Part shown: positions 53,615-63,587 of the stretch, in pieces
Layout: every line of letters starts with the position of its first letter
How positions within the stretch are numbered: position 1 is the first letter of the stretch
Assembly (NCBI GenBank): GCA_965203355.1
Contig: OZ241889.1
Coordinates: forward strand, 3,264,001 to 3,328,000
Length of the DNA: 64,000 nt
Source of the DNA: Candidatus Latescibacterota bacterium
GTDB taxonomy: Bacteria > Latescibacterota > UBA2968 > UBA8231
Reading direction: 5' to 3'
Position numbers and translations under genes: made by a program
The notes under the pieces: model-generated
The model's database searches: none
The model's input: only the letters and a program-made list of their open reading frames with translations
What the model was told of the DNA's origin: nothing

Positions 53615-55780
53615 GTGTCCAACCTCCGCCTGCAATTTCCCGGTGCCTTGCTTAGCCTCCTGTTCGCCGCTTCCAGTGCCGACCCAGCCGACTGGCCTTC
53701 TTGGCGCGGACCAACGCAAAACGGCGTCTCCGCAGAAACCGACCTCGTCGAATCCTGGTCGCCGGTCTGGCACGCCGCATTCACCGGACGCTCGACCCCC
53801 ATCGTCCTCAACGGACGAGTATTCGTCATGGGTCGCCGCGGCGAGGGTATCGAGCACGAGGGCGTCGTCGCCGCCTTTGACGCCCAAGACGGCACCCTAC
53901 TCTGGGAGCACACCCACAACATCTTCCACACCACCATCCCCTTCAACCGCGTCGGCTGGGCCAGCCTCGCTGGCGACCCAGAGACCGGCTACATCTACGC
54001 CCATACCGTCAGCGGACTGTTCCTTTGTTTTGACCGCGATGGCGAGGTGGTCTGGTCGCGCTCGCTGACCGAGGAGTTCGGGCGCATCTCCGGCTACGGC
54101 GGCCGCGTCCACACGCCCGTCGTCGATGAAGATCTCGTCATCATCAGCTATCTCAGTTCCAACTGGGGCCATCACACCCCGGGCCGCCACCGCTACTTCG
54201 CCTTTGACAAGCGCAGCGGCGAAGTCTTCTGGATCGCCACCCCGGGCGGCCGACCGCTCGACACCACGTACTCGGTGCCGGTCGTCGCCACCATCAACGG
54301 CGTCCGCCTGCTCATTGGCGGCAACGCCGACGGCTCCATCTACGCCCTGAAAATCCGCACCGGCGAAAGCGCGTGGGGCTTCAAGCTCAGTCGGCGCGGC
54401 ATCAACGCTTCGGTCGTCGTCGCGGGCGACAAGGTGTACGCCGCCCACAGCGAGGAAAATCTCGACAACACCGCCCTCGGCCGCGTCGTGTGCATCAACG
54501 CCACCGGCCAAGGCGACGTCACCAACACCCACGAGGTCTGGCGCTACGACGGCGTTTTCGCCGGTTATAGCAGTCCAGTTGTCGGCGATGGCCGCTTGTA
54601 CATCATCGACAACTCGGCCAACATCCACGCGCTCGACGCCGCCACCGGCCAAGTCCACTGGATCCACAACATCGGCACCGTCGGCAAAGGATCGCCCGTG
54701 CTGGCCGACGGGCGGCTCTACGCGCCAGAAGTCAACGGCCGCTTCGCCATCGTCGCCCCGGGTCCCGACGCGGCCGAGACCCTGGACCTCGCCGAGATTG
54801 CCATGCCCGACGGACGCCCGGCCGAACTGTTCGGCTCGCCAGCCGTAGCGTATGGCCGCATCTACCTTTCCACCGAGGCCGGCGTTTACTGCCTCGGCGA
54901 CCCGGCCGCGCCGTTTGCGGTCGCAGCGACCGCCGCCGACTATCCACGCGAGCCAGCACCCGCAGACGCCACCCCGGCGCATCTGCAAATCACGCCCGCC
55001 GAAGTAGTAGCCCAGCCCGGCGCCAGCCTAGCGCTTCGCGCCCGAGCCTTCGACGCAAACGGGCGGCTCATCGGCCCAGTCGCAGCCGAGTGGTCGCTCG
55101 CCGGTCCGGTCGGCCAACTCGACGGCCATACGCTCGTCCTCGCGGACGCACCCGGCGGCGGCAAAATCGTCGCCCGCGCCGGCGAACTGGTCGCCGAGGC
55201 GCGCATTGCCGTGCTGCCGCCGCCGACCTACAGCGCGGACTTTGAGGAATTCGCCGTTGACGCCGCGCCAGCTTGGGTCGGCATAGGCCGCAAGTTCACG
55301 GTGCGCGAAGTGGCAGGCAACAAGGTGCTGGTCAAGCCACCCGCCGCCCGCGGCCTGCACCGCGCCAACACCTACCTCGGCGCCCCGGACATGGCCGGCT
55401 ACACCATCCAAGCCGATCTGCTCGGCACCAAGAAGCGCCGCGCTGTCCCGGATCTCGGCCTGATTGCCCAGCGCTACACTCTCGACCTGATGGGCTACCA
55501 CCAGCAGTTGCAGATCCGCACTTGGGCCGCCGAGCTGCGGATGGCCAAGACCGTGCCCTTCGCTTGGGAAACCGGCGTCTGGTACACCATGAAGATGCAG
55601 GTGGAAATCGCCGGCGATACCGCCCACATTCGCGGCAAGGTCTGGCCCCGCGACGCGCCAGAGCCAGCCGCGTGGAGTATCGAGGCGGTCGATCCCCGAC
55701 CCAACCGCAGCGGCAGCCCCGGACTCTACGGATATTCTCCCGCTGAAATCTACTACGACAACCTGAAAGTTTGGCCATGA
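53615..55780 (+). CDS. Secreted PQQ-like beta-propeller with Ig-like and ConA-like C-terminal domains
   Basis: Signal peptide, DWPSWRGP..NG, repeated A.D..tG...W blades. Confidence 0.85.
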   Translation: MSNLRLQFPGALLSLLFAASSADPADWPSWRGPTQNGVSAETDLVESWSPVWHAAFTGRSTPIVLNGRVFVMGRRGEGIEHEGVVAAFDAQDGTLLWEHTHNIFHTTIPFNRVGWASLAGDPETGYIYAHTVSGLFLCFDRDGEVVWSRSLTEEFGRISGYGGRVHTPVVDEDLVIISYLSSNWGHHTPGRHRYFAFDKRSGEVFWIATPGGRPLDTTYSVPVVATINGVRLLIGGNADGSIYALKIRTGESAWGFKLSRRGINASVVVAGDKVYAAHSEENLDNTALGRVVCINATGQGDVTNTHEVWRYDGVFAGYSSPVVGDGRLYIIDNSANIHALDAATGQVHWIHNIGTVGKGSPVLADGRLYAPEVNGRFAIVAPGPDAAETLDLAEIAMPDGRPAELFGSPAVAYGRIYLSTEAGVYCLGDPAAPFAVAATAADYPREPAPADATPAHLQITPAEVVAQPGASLALRARAFDANGRLIGPVAAEWSLAGPVGQLDGHTLVLADAPGGGKIVARAGELVAEARIAVLPPPTYSADFEEFAVDAAPAWVGIGRKFTVREVAGNKVLVKPPAARGLHRANTYLGAPDMAGYTIQADLLGTKKRRAVPDLGLIAQRYTLDLMGYHQQLQIRTWAAELRMAKTVPFAWETGVWYTMKMQVEIAGDTAHIRGKVWPRDAPEPAAWSIEAVDPRPNRSGSPGLYGYSPAEIYYDNLKVWP

Positions 55781-57198
55781 CGCAAACCATTTGCAGCCTC
55801 ATCCTCGCCCTCGCCGCGGCCGCCGGCGCCCAAACCGCAATGTGGGGCGGCTCGCCCGGGCGCAATCCGGTCTCGGACGAGCAAAACCTGCCCACCACTT
55901 GGGACGTCGAGACCGGCGCAAACGTCAAGTGGCGGGCCACGCTCGGCTCGCAGACCTACGCCGGGCCCCTAATCGCCGGCGACAAAATTTTCGTCGGCAC
56001 CAACAACCAAGCCGAGCGCGATCCCAGCCATAAGGGAGACCGCGGCGTAGTCATGGCCTTTTCCCTAGCAGACGGTGCTTTCCTCTGGCAAATCGCCCAC
56101 CCCAAGCTGCCGGCTGGCCGCGTCAACGACTGGCCGCAACAGGGCGTCTGCTCCACTCCTTTTGTCCACGGCGATCGCCTCTACTACGTCTCCAACCGCG
56201 CCGAAGTCGTCTGCCTCGACACCGAGGGCTTCCGCGATGGCGAGAACGACGGCCCCATCGCCGACGAAACCGCCACCGCGCCCACCAATGCGGATCTGAT
56301 CTGGAAATTCGACATGATCGCCGAGTTGGACGTCTTCCCCCACAACCTCGCCACCAGCTCGCCACTCGGCGTGGACGGTCGCCTCTTTGCCCTGACCAGC
56401 AACGGCGTGGACGAGGGCCACATCCACATCCCGGCCCCCTTTGCCCCCAGCTTCATCGCCCTCGACATGCAGACCGGCCAGCTCCTCTGGGACAGCGCCC
56501 TGCCCGGCGACCAAATTCTGCACGGCCAGTGGTCCAACCCGGCCTATGGCGAGGCCGGGGGCCGCAAGCAGGTCGTCTTCCCCGGCGGCGACGGCTGGGT
56601 CTATGCCCTCGCGCCCGACACCGGCGAGTTGATCTGGAAATTCGACTGCAACCCCAAGGATTCGGTGTGGGAATTGGGCGGGCGTGGCACCCGCAACAAC
56701 CTCGTCTCCACGCCCGTCTTTTACGACGGCAAGGTCTATATCGGCGTCGGCCAAGACCCGGAGCACGGCGAAGGCGAGGGTCACCTATGGGCCATTGACG
56801 CCAGCGGCACCGGCGACATCACCGAGACGGGCGCAATCTGGCACTTCGGCGACAAAAACTACAACCGCACCATCTCCACGGTCGCCATTGCCGACGGCCT
56901 GCTCTACGCCGCCGACCTGAGTGGCTTTGTCTATTGCCTCGACGCCAAGACCGGCACCCACCACTGGACCCACGACACCTTCGCCGCGATCTGGGGCTCG
57001 CCCTTTGTCGCCGACGGCAAGGTCTATATCGGCGACGAAGACGGCGACGTCGATGTGCTCAAGGCCGGCAAAACGCTCGCAGTACTACACGAGACGAACT
57101 TGGGCAGCGCCGTGTACACCACCCCAGTCGCCCGCGACGGCGTCTTGTACATCGCCTCGCGCAACACCCTCTTCGCCATCGCGGCGGCAAGCCAATGA
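55777..57198 (+). CDS. Secreted PQQ-like beta-propeller
   Basis: Signal peptide, WGGSPGRN, CLDAKTG..W; ATGA overlap. Confidence 0.85.
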   Translation: MTQTICSLILALAAAAGAQTAMWGGSPGRNPVSDEQNLPTTWDVETGANVKWRATLGSQTYAGPLIAGDKIFVGTNNQAERDPSHKGDRGVVMAFSLADGAFLWQIAHPKLPAGRVNDWPQQGVCSTPFVHGDRLYYVSNRAEVVCLDTEGFRDGENDGPIADETATAPTNADLIWKFDMIAELDVFPHNLATSSPLGVDGRLFALTSNGVDEGHIHIPAPFAPSFIALDMQTGQLLWDSALPGDQILHGQWSNPAYGEAGGRKQVVFPGGDGWVYALAPDTGELIWKFDCNPKDSVWELGGRGTRNNLVSTPVFYDGKVYIGVGQDPEHGEGEGHLWAIDASGTGDITETGAIWHFGDKNYNRTISTVAIADGLLYAADLSGFVYCLDAKTGTHHWTHDTFAAIWGSPFVADGKVYIGDEDGDVDVLKAGKTLAVLHETNLGSAVYTTPVARDGVLYIASRNTLFAIAAASQ

Positions 57199-58271
57199 GC
57201 GTCTCACCCGATAAAATCGCCGCGGCCCGCCGCGACCTCGACGCGCACGTCCGCGCCATCGTCGAGTGGCACTTCAACCCCGCAACCGGCTGCCCGTTCT
57301 GGCTTGCCTACGCGCAACAACTCGATTTCGACCCGCGCGAGCAAATCCGCTCCTATGACGATTTGGCCCGGCTCGGCCACTTTGAGGACGAGTGGCTGCG
57401 CGGCGGCCCGGTGCGTCAGTGGGTGCCCAAAGCCTATGCTGACGAGCCGATTTGCGTTTTTGAGACCGGCGGCTCCACGGGCTTGCCCAAATACCGCATC
57501 AACATCCGCGACTTCCAAGCCGACTACGCGCTCTACAGCGAGAGCCTGCCCGAGGAGGGTTTTCCCCAGGGCGCCGACTGGCTGATGCTCGGGCCTTCGG
57601 GGCCCCGCCGCCTGCGCTTGGCCATCGAGTATCTCGCCCAGCTACGCGGCGGCTTGTGCTTTCTGGTAGATCTCGACCCCCGCTGGGTCAATGAACTCAT
57701 CCGCGACGGCAAGATGCGCGAGTTAGACGCCTACAAAGCCCACGTCGTCAATCAGGCGCTCAAAATCCTCAAGGCCCACGACAACGTGCAGTGCGTCTTC
57801 ACCACGCCCCGCCTCCTTGAAGCCCTCTGCGAAAAAGTCTCCCTGCCCAAGCTCGGCATTAAGGGCATCTTCTGTGGCGGCACGGAAATGAACGCCCAGT
57901 TCCATCGCTTCGCCCGCGAGGAGTTGGTGCCCGGCCTCGCCTTTGTCCCCACCTACGGCAACACCCTAATGGGCCTCGCCTGCCCTAAACCCTTTGACCC
58001 AGCCGACGAATACGCCATCGCGTATTACCCACCGCAGCCACGCGCCGTCATCGAGTTGGTCGATCCCAAAGATCCCACGCGCAAGGTCGGCTACGGCGAG
58101 ACCGGCCGCGTCATGCTCACCACCCTGACCGAGGAATTTTTCATGCCCCGCTTCCTCGAACGCGACGAAGCCGAACGCACCGCGCCGATTGAGGCGTATC
58201 CGTGGGATGGCGTTAAAAATTTGCGACTGCTGACCGAGTTGCAGGAGGCGGTGGTGGTGGGGGTGTATTGA
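57195..58271 (+). CDS. EhpF/LuxE/PaaK-like adenylate-forming enzyme
   Basis: WHF.P.TG.PFWL, P-loop FETGGSTGLPK, GGT, YGNT, ERD; ATGA overlap. Confidence 0.75.
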   Translation: MSVSPDKIAAARRDLDAHVRAIVEWHFNPATGCPFWLAYAQQLDFDPREQIRSYDDLARLGHFEDEWLRGGPVRQWVPKAYADEPICVFETGGSTGLPKYRINIRDFQADYALYSESLPEEGFPQGADWLMLGPSGPRRLRLAIEYLAQLRGGLCFLVDLDPRWVNELIRDGKMRELDAYKAHVVNQALKILKAHDNVQCVFTTPRLLEALCEKVSLPKLGIKGIFCGGTEMNAQFHRFAREELVPGLAFVPTYGNTLMGLACPKPFDPADEYAIAYYPPQPRAVIELVDPKDPTRKVGYGETGRVMLTTLTEEFFMPRFLERDEAERTAPIEAYPWDGVKNLRLLTELQEAVVVGVY

Positions 58272-58328
58272 GAGAACAGCTTATCACTTATAGCTTGCAA
58301 CACTTCATCGCCAACCCAAAACCCAACC

Positions 58329-59726
58329 ATGCACCTACCCATCCTCCGCGCCGGCCAGCCCTACACCAGCCTCGACCGCCTCACCATCGCCCACATCGCC
58401 ACCGGCCAACCTGTGGCCCAAGTCAGCCAAGCCAACCGCGGCCTCATTGCCCGCGACTTAGCCGCCCAAGAGCGCAACTACCACGCCCTGCAAGCGCTCC
58501 CGGTCGCCGAACTAGTCGCCATCGGCCAACGCGCCGCCGACCTTTTCTTGCGCGCCGAGCTACCTTTAGGCGACCGCCGCCAAACCCCGGACGACTACGT
58601 CGCGCAAGTCTCGGCCACCACCGGCTTGCCGCAGTCGCTGGCCCGCGCCAACATGGACAAAATCCACCGCGTCGGCAGCGAAATGCCCGCCGTACTCAGC
58701 GGCCTGACCCGAGGCCTAGACCTGGCCACCCTCGACGACGGCCCCAGTCCGCTCCATTTCGCGCCCCATGCTCAAGCCCTCGGCTGCATCCTGCCGAGCA
58801 ACTCCCCCGGCGTCCACGCCCTGTGGCTGCCAGCCATCCCGCTCAAAATCCCGCTGGTGCTCAAGCCGGGCCGCGAAGAGCCGTGGACGCCCTACCGCAT
58901 CGCCCAAGCCCTGGCCGCAGCCGGCTGTCCACCCCAAGCCCTGAGCTACTACCCAACCGACCACGGCGGCAGCACCGAGATTCTGCTCGGCTGCGGGCGG
59001 TCGCTGCTATTCGGCGGCGGTTCTACAGTCGCCCCTTGGCGCGACGATCCCCGCATCCAACTACACGGACCAGGGCGCAGCAAGATCATCATCGGCGCGG
59101 ACCAAATCGACCGCTGGGAACACTATCTCGACTTGATGGTCGCCTCAATCGCCGCCAACGGAGGCCGCTCCTGCCTCAACGCCTCGGGCGTCTGGGTGCC
59201 CGCCCATGGCCGCGCCATTGCCGCCGCCCTCGGCGAGCGCCTGAGCCAAATCCAAGCCCGCCCCCTCGACGACCCTCAAGCCCAAATCGCCGCCTTCCCC
59301 AAGCCGGCCGTAGCGCGTCAGATCGCCGCCCTCATCGACGGCCAACTCGGCGACAAAGCGCAAGACACCGCGAGAGGACCTGCCGAGCGCGTCGCCGAGA
59401 TCGATGGCTGCACCTTCCTCAACCCGACCTTAATCCACGCCCCGGACTGGCAACATCCGCTGGCCAATACCGAATATCTCTTTCCGTTTGCCTCGGTAGT
59501 AGAAGTCCCGCAAGAAGAAGTGGTCGCACGCATCGGCCCGACGCTGGTGGCCACCGCCCTCACCGAGGACGAGCGCCTAACGCGCCAACTGCTCGCCGCC
59601 CCCCACATCGAACGCCTCAACCTCGGCCCGATCCCCACCCACGAGATCGCGTGGGATCAGCCGCACGAGGGCAACCTCTTCGACTTCCTCTACCAGCAGC
59701 GCGCCTTGCAGCGCCGGGCCGGATGA
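58329..59726 (+). CDS. ALDH-fold acyl reductase (EhpG/LuxC-like)
   Basis: PSNSP, LKP, LFGG, HGPGRSK, catalytic Cys in GGRSCLNAS, EYLFP. Confidence 0.8.
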   Translation: MHLPILRAGQPYTSLDRLTIAHIATGQPVAQVSQANRGLIARDLAAQERNYHALQALPVAELVAIGQRAADLFLRAELPLGDRRQTPDDYVAQVSATTGLPQSLARANMDKIHRVGSEMPAVLSGLTRGLDLATLDDGPSPLHFAPHAQALGCILPSNSPGVHALWLPAIPLKIPLVLKPGREEPWTPYRIAQALAAAGCPPQALSYYPTDHGGSTEILLGCGRSLLFGGGSTVAPWRDDPRIQLHGPGRSKIIIGADQIDRWEHYLDLMVASIAANGGRSCLNASGVWVPAHGRAIAAALGERLSQIQARPLDDPQAQIAAFPKPAVARQIAALIDGQLGDKAQDTARGPAERVAEIDGCTFLNPTLIHAPDWQHPLANTEYLFPFASVVEVPQEEVVARIGPTLVATALTEDERLTRQLLAAPHIERLNLGPIPTHEIAWDQPHEGNLFDFLYQQRALQRRAG

Positions 59727-60850
59727 CCCCCTTCGACTTTGATCCATCCACCCGCGTAGTCTTTGGCGCCGGAACCCTCGGCCAGCTAGGCACCCTCGCC
59801 AGCGCGTTGGCCGGCCCGCGCATCCTGCTCGTAACCGATCCCGGCCTCGTCCAAACGGGCCTCGCCGCCCAAGCCCGTCGCGCCCTACAAAACGCCGGCC
59901 TCAAGACAACCACTTTTTCCGCCGTAGCAGAAAATCCCACAACCGACCACGTAGCCGCTGGCGCCGACCACGCCCGCACCCACGGCCCCATCGACCTCAT
60001 CGTCGCCTTGGGCGGCGGCAGCGCCATGGACTGCGCCAAGGGCATCAACTTCCTGCTGACCAACGGCGGCCCGATGCACTTCTACCAAGGCTACGGCAAA
60101 GCCACCCGACCCATGCTGCCTTCCATCGGCATCCCCACCACCGCCGGAACGGGTAGCGAGGCCCAATCCTACGCCCTGCTTACCTGCGCCAACACCGGCG
60201 CGAAAATGGCCTGCGGCGACCGCAAAGCGCGCTTCCACATCGCCATCCTCGACCCAAACGCGCTGACCAGCGTCCCCCACCGCGTCCGCGCCGATGCCGG
60301 TATCGACGCCCTCGCCCACGCGGTCGAAAGCTACGTCTGCACCTGCCGGACGCCGCTGTCCCAGATGTTCGCCCGCCAAGCCTGGCGGCTGCTCGCACCC
60401 CACTACGCAGCCGCTGTCGCCGATCCGCAAAACGCGACCGCCGCTCTGCTTTTAGGTGCTCATCTGGCTGGCATGGCCATCGAAAACTCCATGCTCGGCG
60501 CCGCTCACGCCACCGCCAATCCGCTCACCGCCCACTACGCACTCACCCACGGCCGCGCCGTAGCCCTGATGCTGCCGCACGTGATCCGGTTGAACAGCCA
60601 AGCGGTGGACGAGCTATACGGCGAACTTTGCGCCGACATCCAACTCAACGGCCGGGGCCGCGCACTCGCCGCCCACCTCGAAAAATTGTGCGCCACAGCC
60701 GGCCTACCACGCCGACTCGCCGATTGTCAGGTCGCCGAAAATGATCTGCCTACCATGGCCCGAGCAGCCGCTGGTCAGTGGACCGGGACCTTCAACCCGC
60801 TTCCCTTGCAAGAAGCCGACTTCCTGCGGCTTTACGAGGCGGCGTTTTGA
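59723..60850 (+). CDS. Iron-containing alcohol dehydrogenase
   Basis: GGGSAMDCAK, PTTAGTGSE, DALAH, H, HG; ATGA overlap. Confidence 0.92.
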   Translation: MTPFDFDPSTRVVFGAGTLGQLGTLASALAGPRILLVTDPGLVQTGLAAQARRALQNAGLKTTTFSAVAENPTTDHVAAGADHARTHGPIDLIVALGGGSAMDCAKGINFLLTNGGPMHFYQGYGKATRPMLPSIGIPTTAGTGSEAQSYALLTCANTGAKMACGDRKARFHIAILDPNALTSVPHRVRADAGIDALAHAVESYVCTCRTPLSQMFARQAWRLLAPHYAAAVADPQNATAALLLGAHLAGMAIENSMLGAAHATANPLTAHYALTHGRAVALMLPHVIRLNSQAVDELYGELCADIQLNGRGRALAAHLEKLCATAGLPRRLADCQVAENDLPTMARAAAGQWTGTFNPLPLQEADFLRLYEAAF

Positions 60851-60896
60851 TGGACAACTTTCGACTGAAACCAAATGCGATATGTAAAATTATCCT

Positions 60897-61031
60897 TCAG
60901 GCGTGCGGAGAAATTGCACTTCGCTCCTTGCTTCCGCTCCCTACGCCGAGCAACAAGCGCGAATGCGTCACAAGCAAGCTATTCAGAACGGAGAACATTT
61001 CATCCGGCAATTCCAAGGTGACTTTAGTCAT
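60897..61031 (-). pseudogene. Possible antitoxin N-terminal remnant (UPF0175-like)
   Basis: Manual translation MTKVTLELPDEMFS..., 44 aa, in an AT-richer gap. Confidence 0.3.
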
Positions 61032-61139
61032 AATCAACGTTCTGATTTCTCACACTCGGTTAAGGCTGGTGTCTGTCACCAAATCAGCAAAATGTCACTT
61101 CTCTTTTAATTTCGTCCACAATCCCCCAACCAACAGAAT

Positions 61140-62228
61140 ATGCCACTCTACTTCTTAACCGCGTTCCTCGCCACCGCGGCTACGGCCGACACTTGGAACA
61201 CCTTTCGCGGCAACCCCCAACTCACCGGCGTCGCCTCCGCCGAGCTCGCCCCACCCCTAACGCTGCGCTGGGCCTACGCCACCCAAGACGCCATCGAATC
61301 CACGGCCGCCATACACAAAGGCACGGTGTACGTCGGCTCACTCGACGGACAACTCTATGCACTCGACTTGCACACGGGCGCGTTGGTCTGGCAGTACCAA
61401 GCCGACGGCGAGATCAAGTCGTCGCCCACGGTAGCCGACAGCACCGTGTACTTCGGCGACGAAGCCGGCACCTTCCACGCCGTCGCCATTGAAAACGGCC
61501 AGCGCCGCTGGACCTTCACGGCCGACGCGGGCATCATCTCCGCGGCCAACTACGCGGATGGCCGTCTTTACTTCGGCAGCTATGACCAGCACCTATACTG
61601 CCTCGGCGCAACCGCCGGGACCCTGATTTGGAAAATCGCCACAGAGGGGTATATTCACAGTACGCCGGCATTGTACGAACATCGCGTCGCCGTGGCGGGT
61701 TGCGACGGCTACTTGCGGCTTTTGGACCGCGCCGACGGCACCGAGCACCAGCGGCTTGAGCTGGGTGGATACGCAGCCTCCAGCGCCGCCATCCACGCGG
61801 GAAGCGCGTACTTAGGCACTTTTGGCAACGAAGTACTAGGCGTCGATTTAGGCGCGGGAGCCATTCGCTGGCGCTACGCCCACGCGGTGCGGAAATTTCC
61901 GTTTTACTCGTCGCCCGCTGTCGCCGACCAAGCAGTCGTCATCGGCGGCCGCGACAAACTCGTCCACGCGCTCGACCCACAAACCGGCCAATCCTTGTGG
62001 ACTTTTGCCGCGGGCATACGGGTGGATTCCTCGCCGGTCATTGCTGGTGCCTATGTGTACGTAGGGGCCCGGGCGATCATCGCCATTGCCATCGCCTCGG
62101 GCGCGGAAGTCTGGCGCTTTGACCCGGGCGCAGCCATCACCGCTTCGCCCGCTATCGCCGCGGACCGACTCGTCCTGGGTGCCACCGACGGCGTGCTGTA
62201 TTGCTTTGCCAAAGAAGTCAAACCATGA
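61140..62228 (+). CDS. Secreted PQQ/BamB-like beta-propeller
   Basis: WNTFRGN..LTG, repeated SSP.V...VY.G blades. Confidence 0.85.
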   Translation: MPLYFLTAFLATAATADTWNTFRGNPQLTGVASAELAPPLTLRWAYATQDAIESTAAIHKGTVYVGSLDGQLYALDLHTGALVWQYQADGEIKSSPTVADSTVYFGDEAGTFHAVAIENGQRRWTFTADAGIISAANYADGRLYFGSYDQHLYCLGATAGTLIWKIATEGYIHSTPALYEHRVAVAGCDGYLRLLDRADGTEHQRLELGGYAASSAAIHAGSAYLGTFGNEVLGVDLGAGAIRWRYAHAVRKFPFYSSPAVADQAVVIGGRDKLVHALDPQTGQSLWTFAAGIRVDSSPVIAGAYVYVGARAIIAIAIASGAEVWRFDPGAAITASPAIAADRLVLGATDGVLYCFAKEVKP

Positions 62229-63574
62229 GTGATGCTAAGTCCCAACCGAGCAACGACCCCGCGACCACCCGCGCCGACCGCACCGCCACCGAGGTCGGCA
62301 GCGTCTTTGTCTCCAACTATCCCGCCTATTCGTTCTGGGGCGAGGAAGACGTCCCGCAAGCACACCGCGCACTCGCCGAGCCACCGCGGCCCGGCACTCA
62401 GCTCGGCCTCTACCTCCACATCCCCTTCTGCCGCAAGCGCTGCAAGTTCTGTTACTTCCGCGTCTATACGGACAAAAACAGCCAGCAAATCCAGACCTAT
62501 CTCGACGCCCTCGCCCGCGAAGTGGAACACTACGCGCAACAGCCAGCCATCCAAGACCGGCCCCTGCACTTTATCTACTTTGGCGGCGGCACGCCCTCTT
62601 ACATCAGTTCGCGGCATCTCCGCGCGTTGGCAGCACGCCTCCAAGACGCCATGCCTTGGGACCACGCCGACGAAATCGCCTTCGAGTGCGAGCCGGGCAC
62701 CCTGACCCAAGCCAAGTTAGAAGCCATCCGCGCCATCGGCGTCACCCGCCTCAGCTTGGGTATAGAAAACCTCGACGACGAAATTCTGCGCCACAACGGC
62801 CGCGCCCACGTCAGCCAGGAAATCTACCAAGTCGTGCCCTGGATCCACGCGCTCGACTTCGAGCAGGTCAACGTCGATCTGATCGCCGGCATGGTCGGCG
62901 AAACCTGGCCGAGCTGGCGGCAGACCGTGCAAAAGACCGTCGAGCTCAATCCGGACAGCGTCACCGTTTATCAGCTCGAGTTGCCCTACAACACGGTCTA
63001 TTCCAAGGACCTACTCGCTGGCGACCGCACGCCGCTGGCCCTGGCCGACTGGCAGACCAAACGCGCCTGGCACGCCTATGCCTTCGAGCAGCTAGCCGCC
63101 GCTGGCTACGTGCGTTCGAGCGCCTACACCATGACGAAAACGCCGGGCGCCCGCTTCGCGTACCGCGACGCCGTGTGGACCGGCCAAGACCTGCTCGGCA
63201 CCGGCGTGGCCTCCTTCTCGCACCTGAGCGGCGTCCACTACCAGAACGCGCCCAACTGGGACGAGTACCTCGCCGCCTGCGAGCGCGGCGAACTCCCCAT
63301 CCACCGCGCCTTTGCCACCAACCGCGAAGAGCAACTCACGCGCGAGGTGATCCTCCAGCTCAAGTTAGGCGCGTTGGATCCCGCGTATTTTCGCGCCAAA
63401 TTCGGGGTCGATATCGCGGCCCATTTCGCGGCGGCACTCAGCGGCCTGCGCGACGAGGGCATGCTCCAATTCGATGCCAACGCGATTGCGCTGACCAGCG
63501 AGGGCCTCCTGCGCGTCGATCAGCTGCTGCCCGACTTCTACCAAACCCAATACCGCAACGCACGCTACACCTAA
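62225..63574 (+). CDS. HemN-like radical SAM enzyme
   Basis: YLHIPFCRKRCKFC, FGGGTPS, RLSLG, NVDLI.G, HemN_C tail. Confidence 0.9.
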   Translation: MSDAKSQPSNDPATTRADRTATEVGSVFVSNYPAYSFWGEEDVPQAHRALAEPPRPGTQLGLYLHIPFCRKRCKFCYFRVYTDKNSQQIQTYLDALAREVEHYAQQPAIQDRPLHFIYFGGGTPSYISSRHLRALAARLQDAMPWDHADEIAFECEPGTLTQAKLEAIRAIGVTRLSLGIENLDDEILRHNGRAHVSQEIYQVVPWIHALDFEQVNVDLIAGMVGETWPSWRQTVQKTVELNPDSVTVYQLELPYNTVYSKDLLAGDRTPLALADWQTKRAWHAYAFEQLAAAGYVRSSAYTMTKTPGARFAYRDAVWTGQDLLGTGVASFSHLSGVHYQNAPNWDEYLAACERGELPIHRAFATNREEQLTREVILQLKLGALDPAYFRAKFGVDIAAHFAAALSGLRDEGMLQFDANAIALTSEGLLRVDQLLPDFYQTQYRNARYT

Positions 63575-63587
63575 ATGGGAGGTACCC

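Noticed and set aside
53615-57198. Calling the propellers BamB or classical PQQ alcohol dehydrogenases
   Set aside because: No lipobox or bam/der context, and no adjacent Cys-Cys motif of methanol/ethanol dehydrogenases
58268-59722. 860-aa ORF as an ADH fusion
   Set aside because: The N-terminal part is an R/P-rich alternative frame of the ALDH gene; ADH starts at 59723
57195-59726. Bioluminescence (lux) or phenazine biosynthesis cluster
   Set aside because: No luxAB/D or phz core genes in the window
62225-63574. Calling the gene hemN or hemW
   Set aside because: The family is clear, but there is no heme context, and HemN-like enzymes have diverse functions
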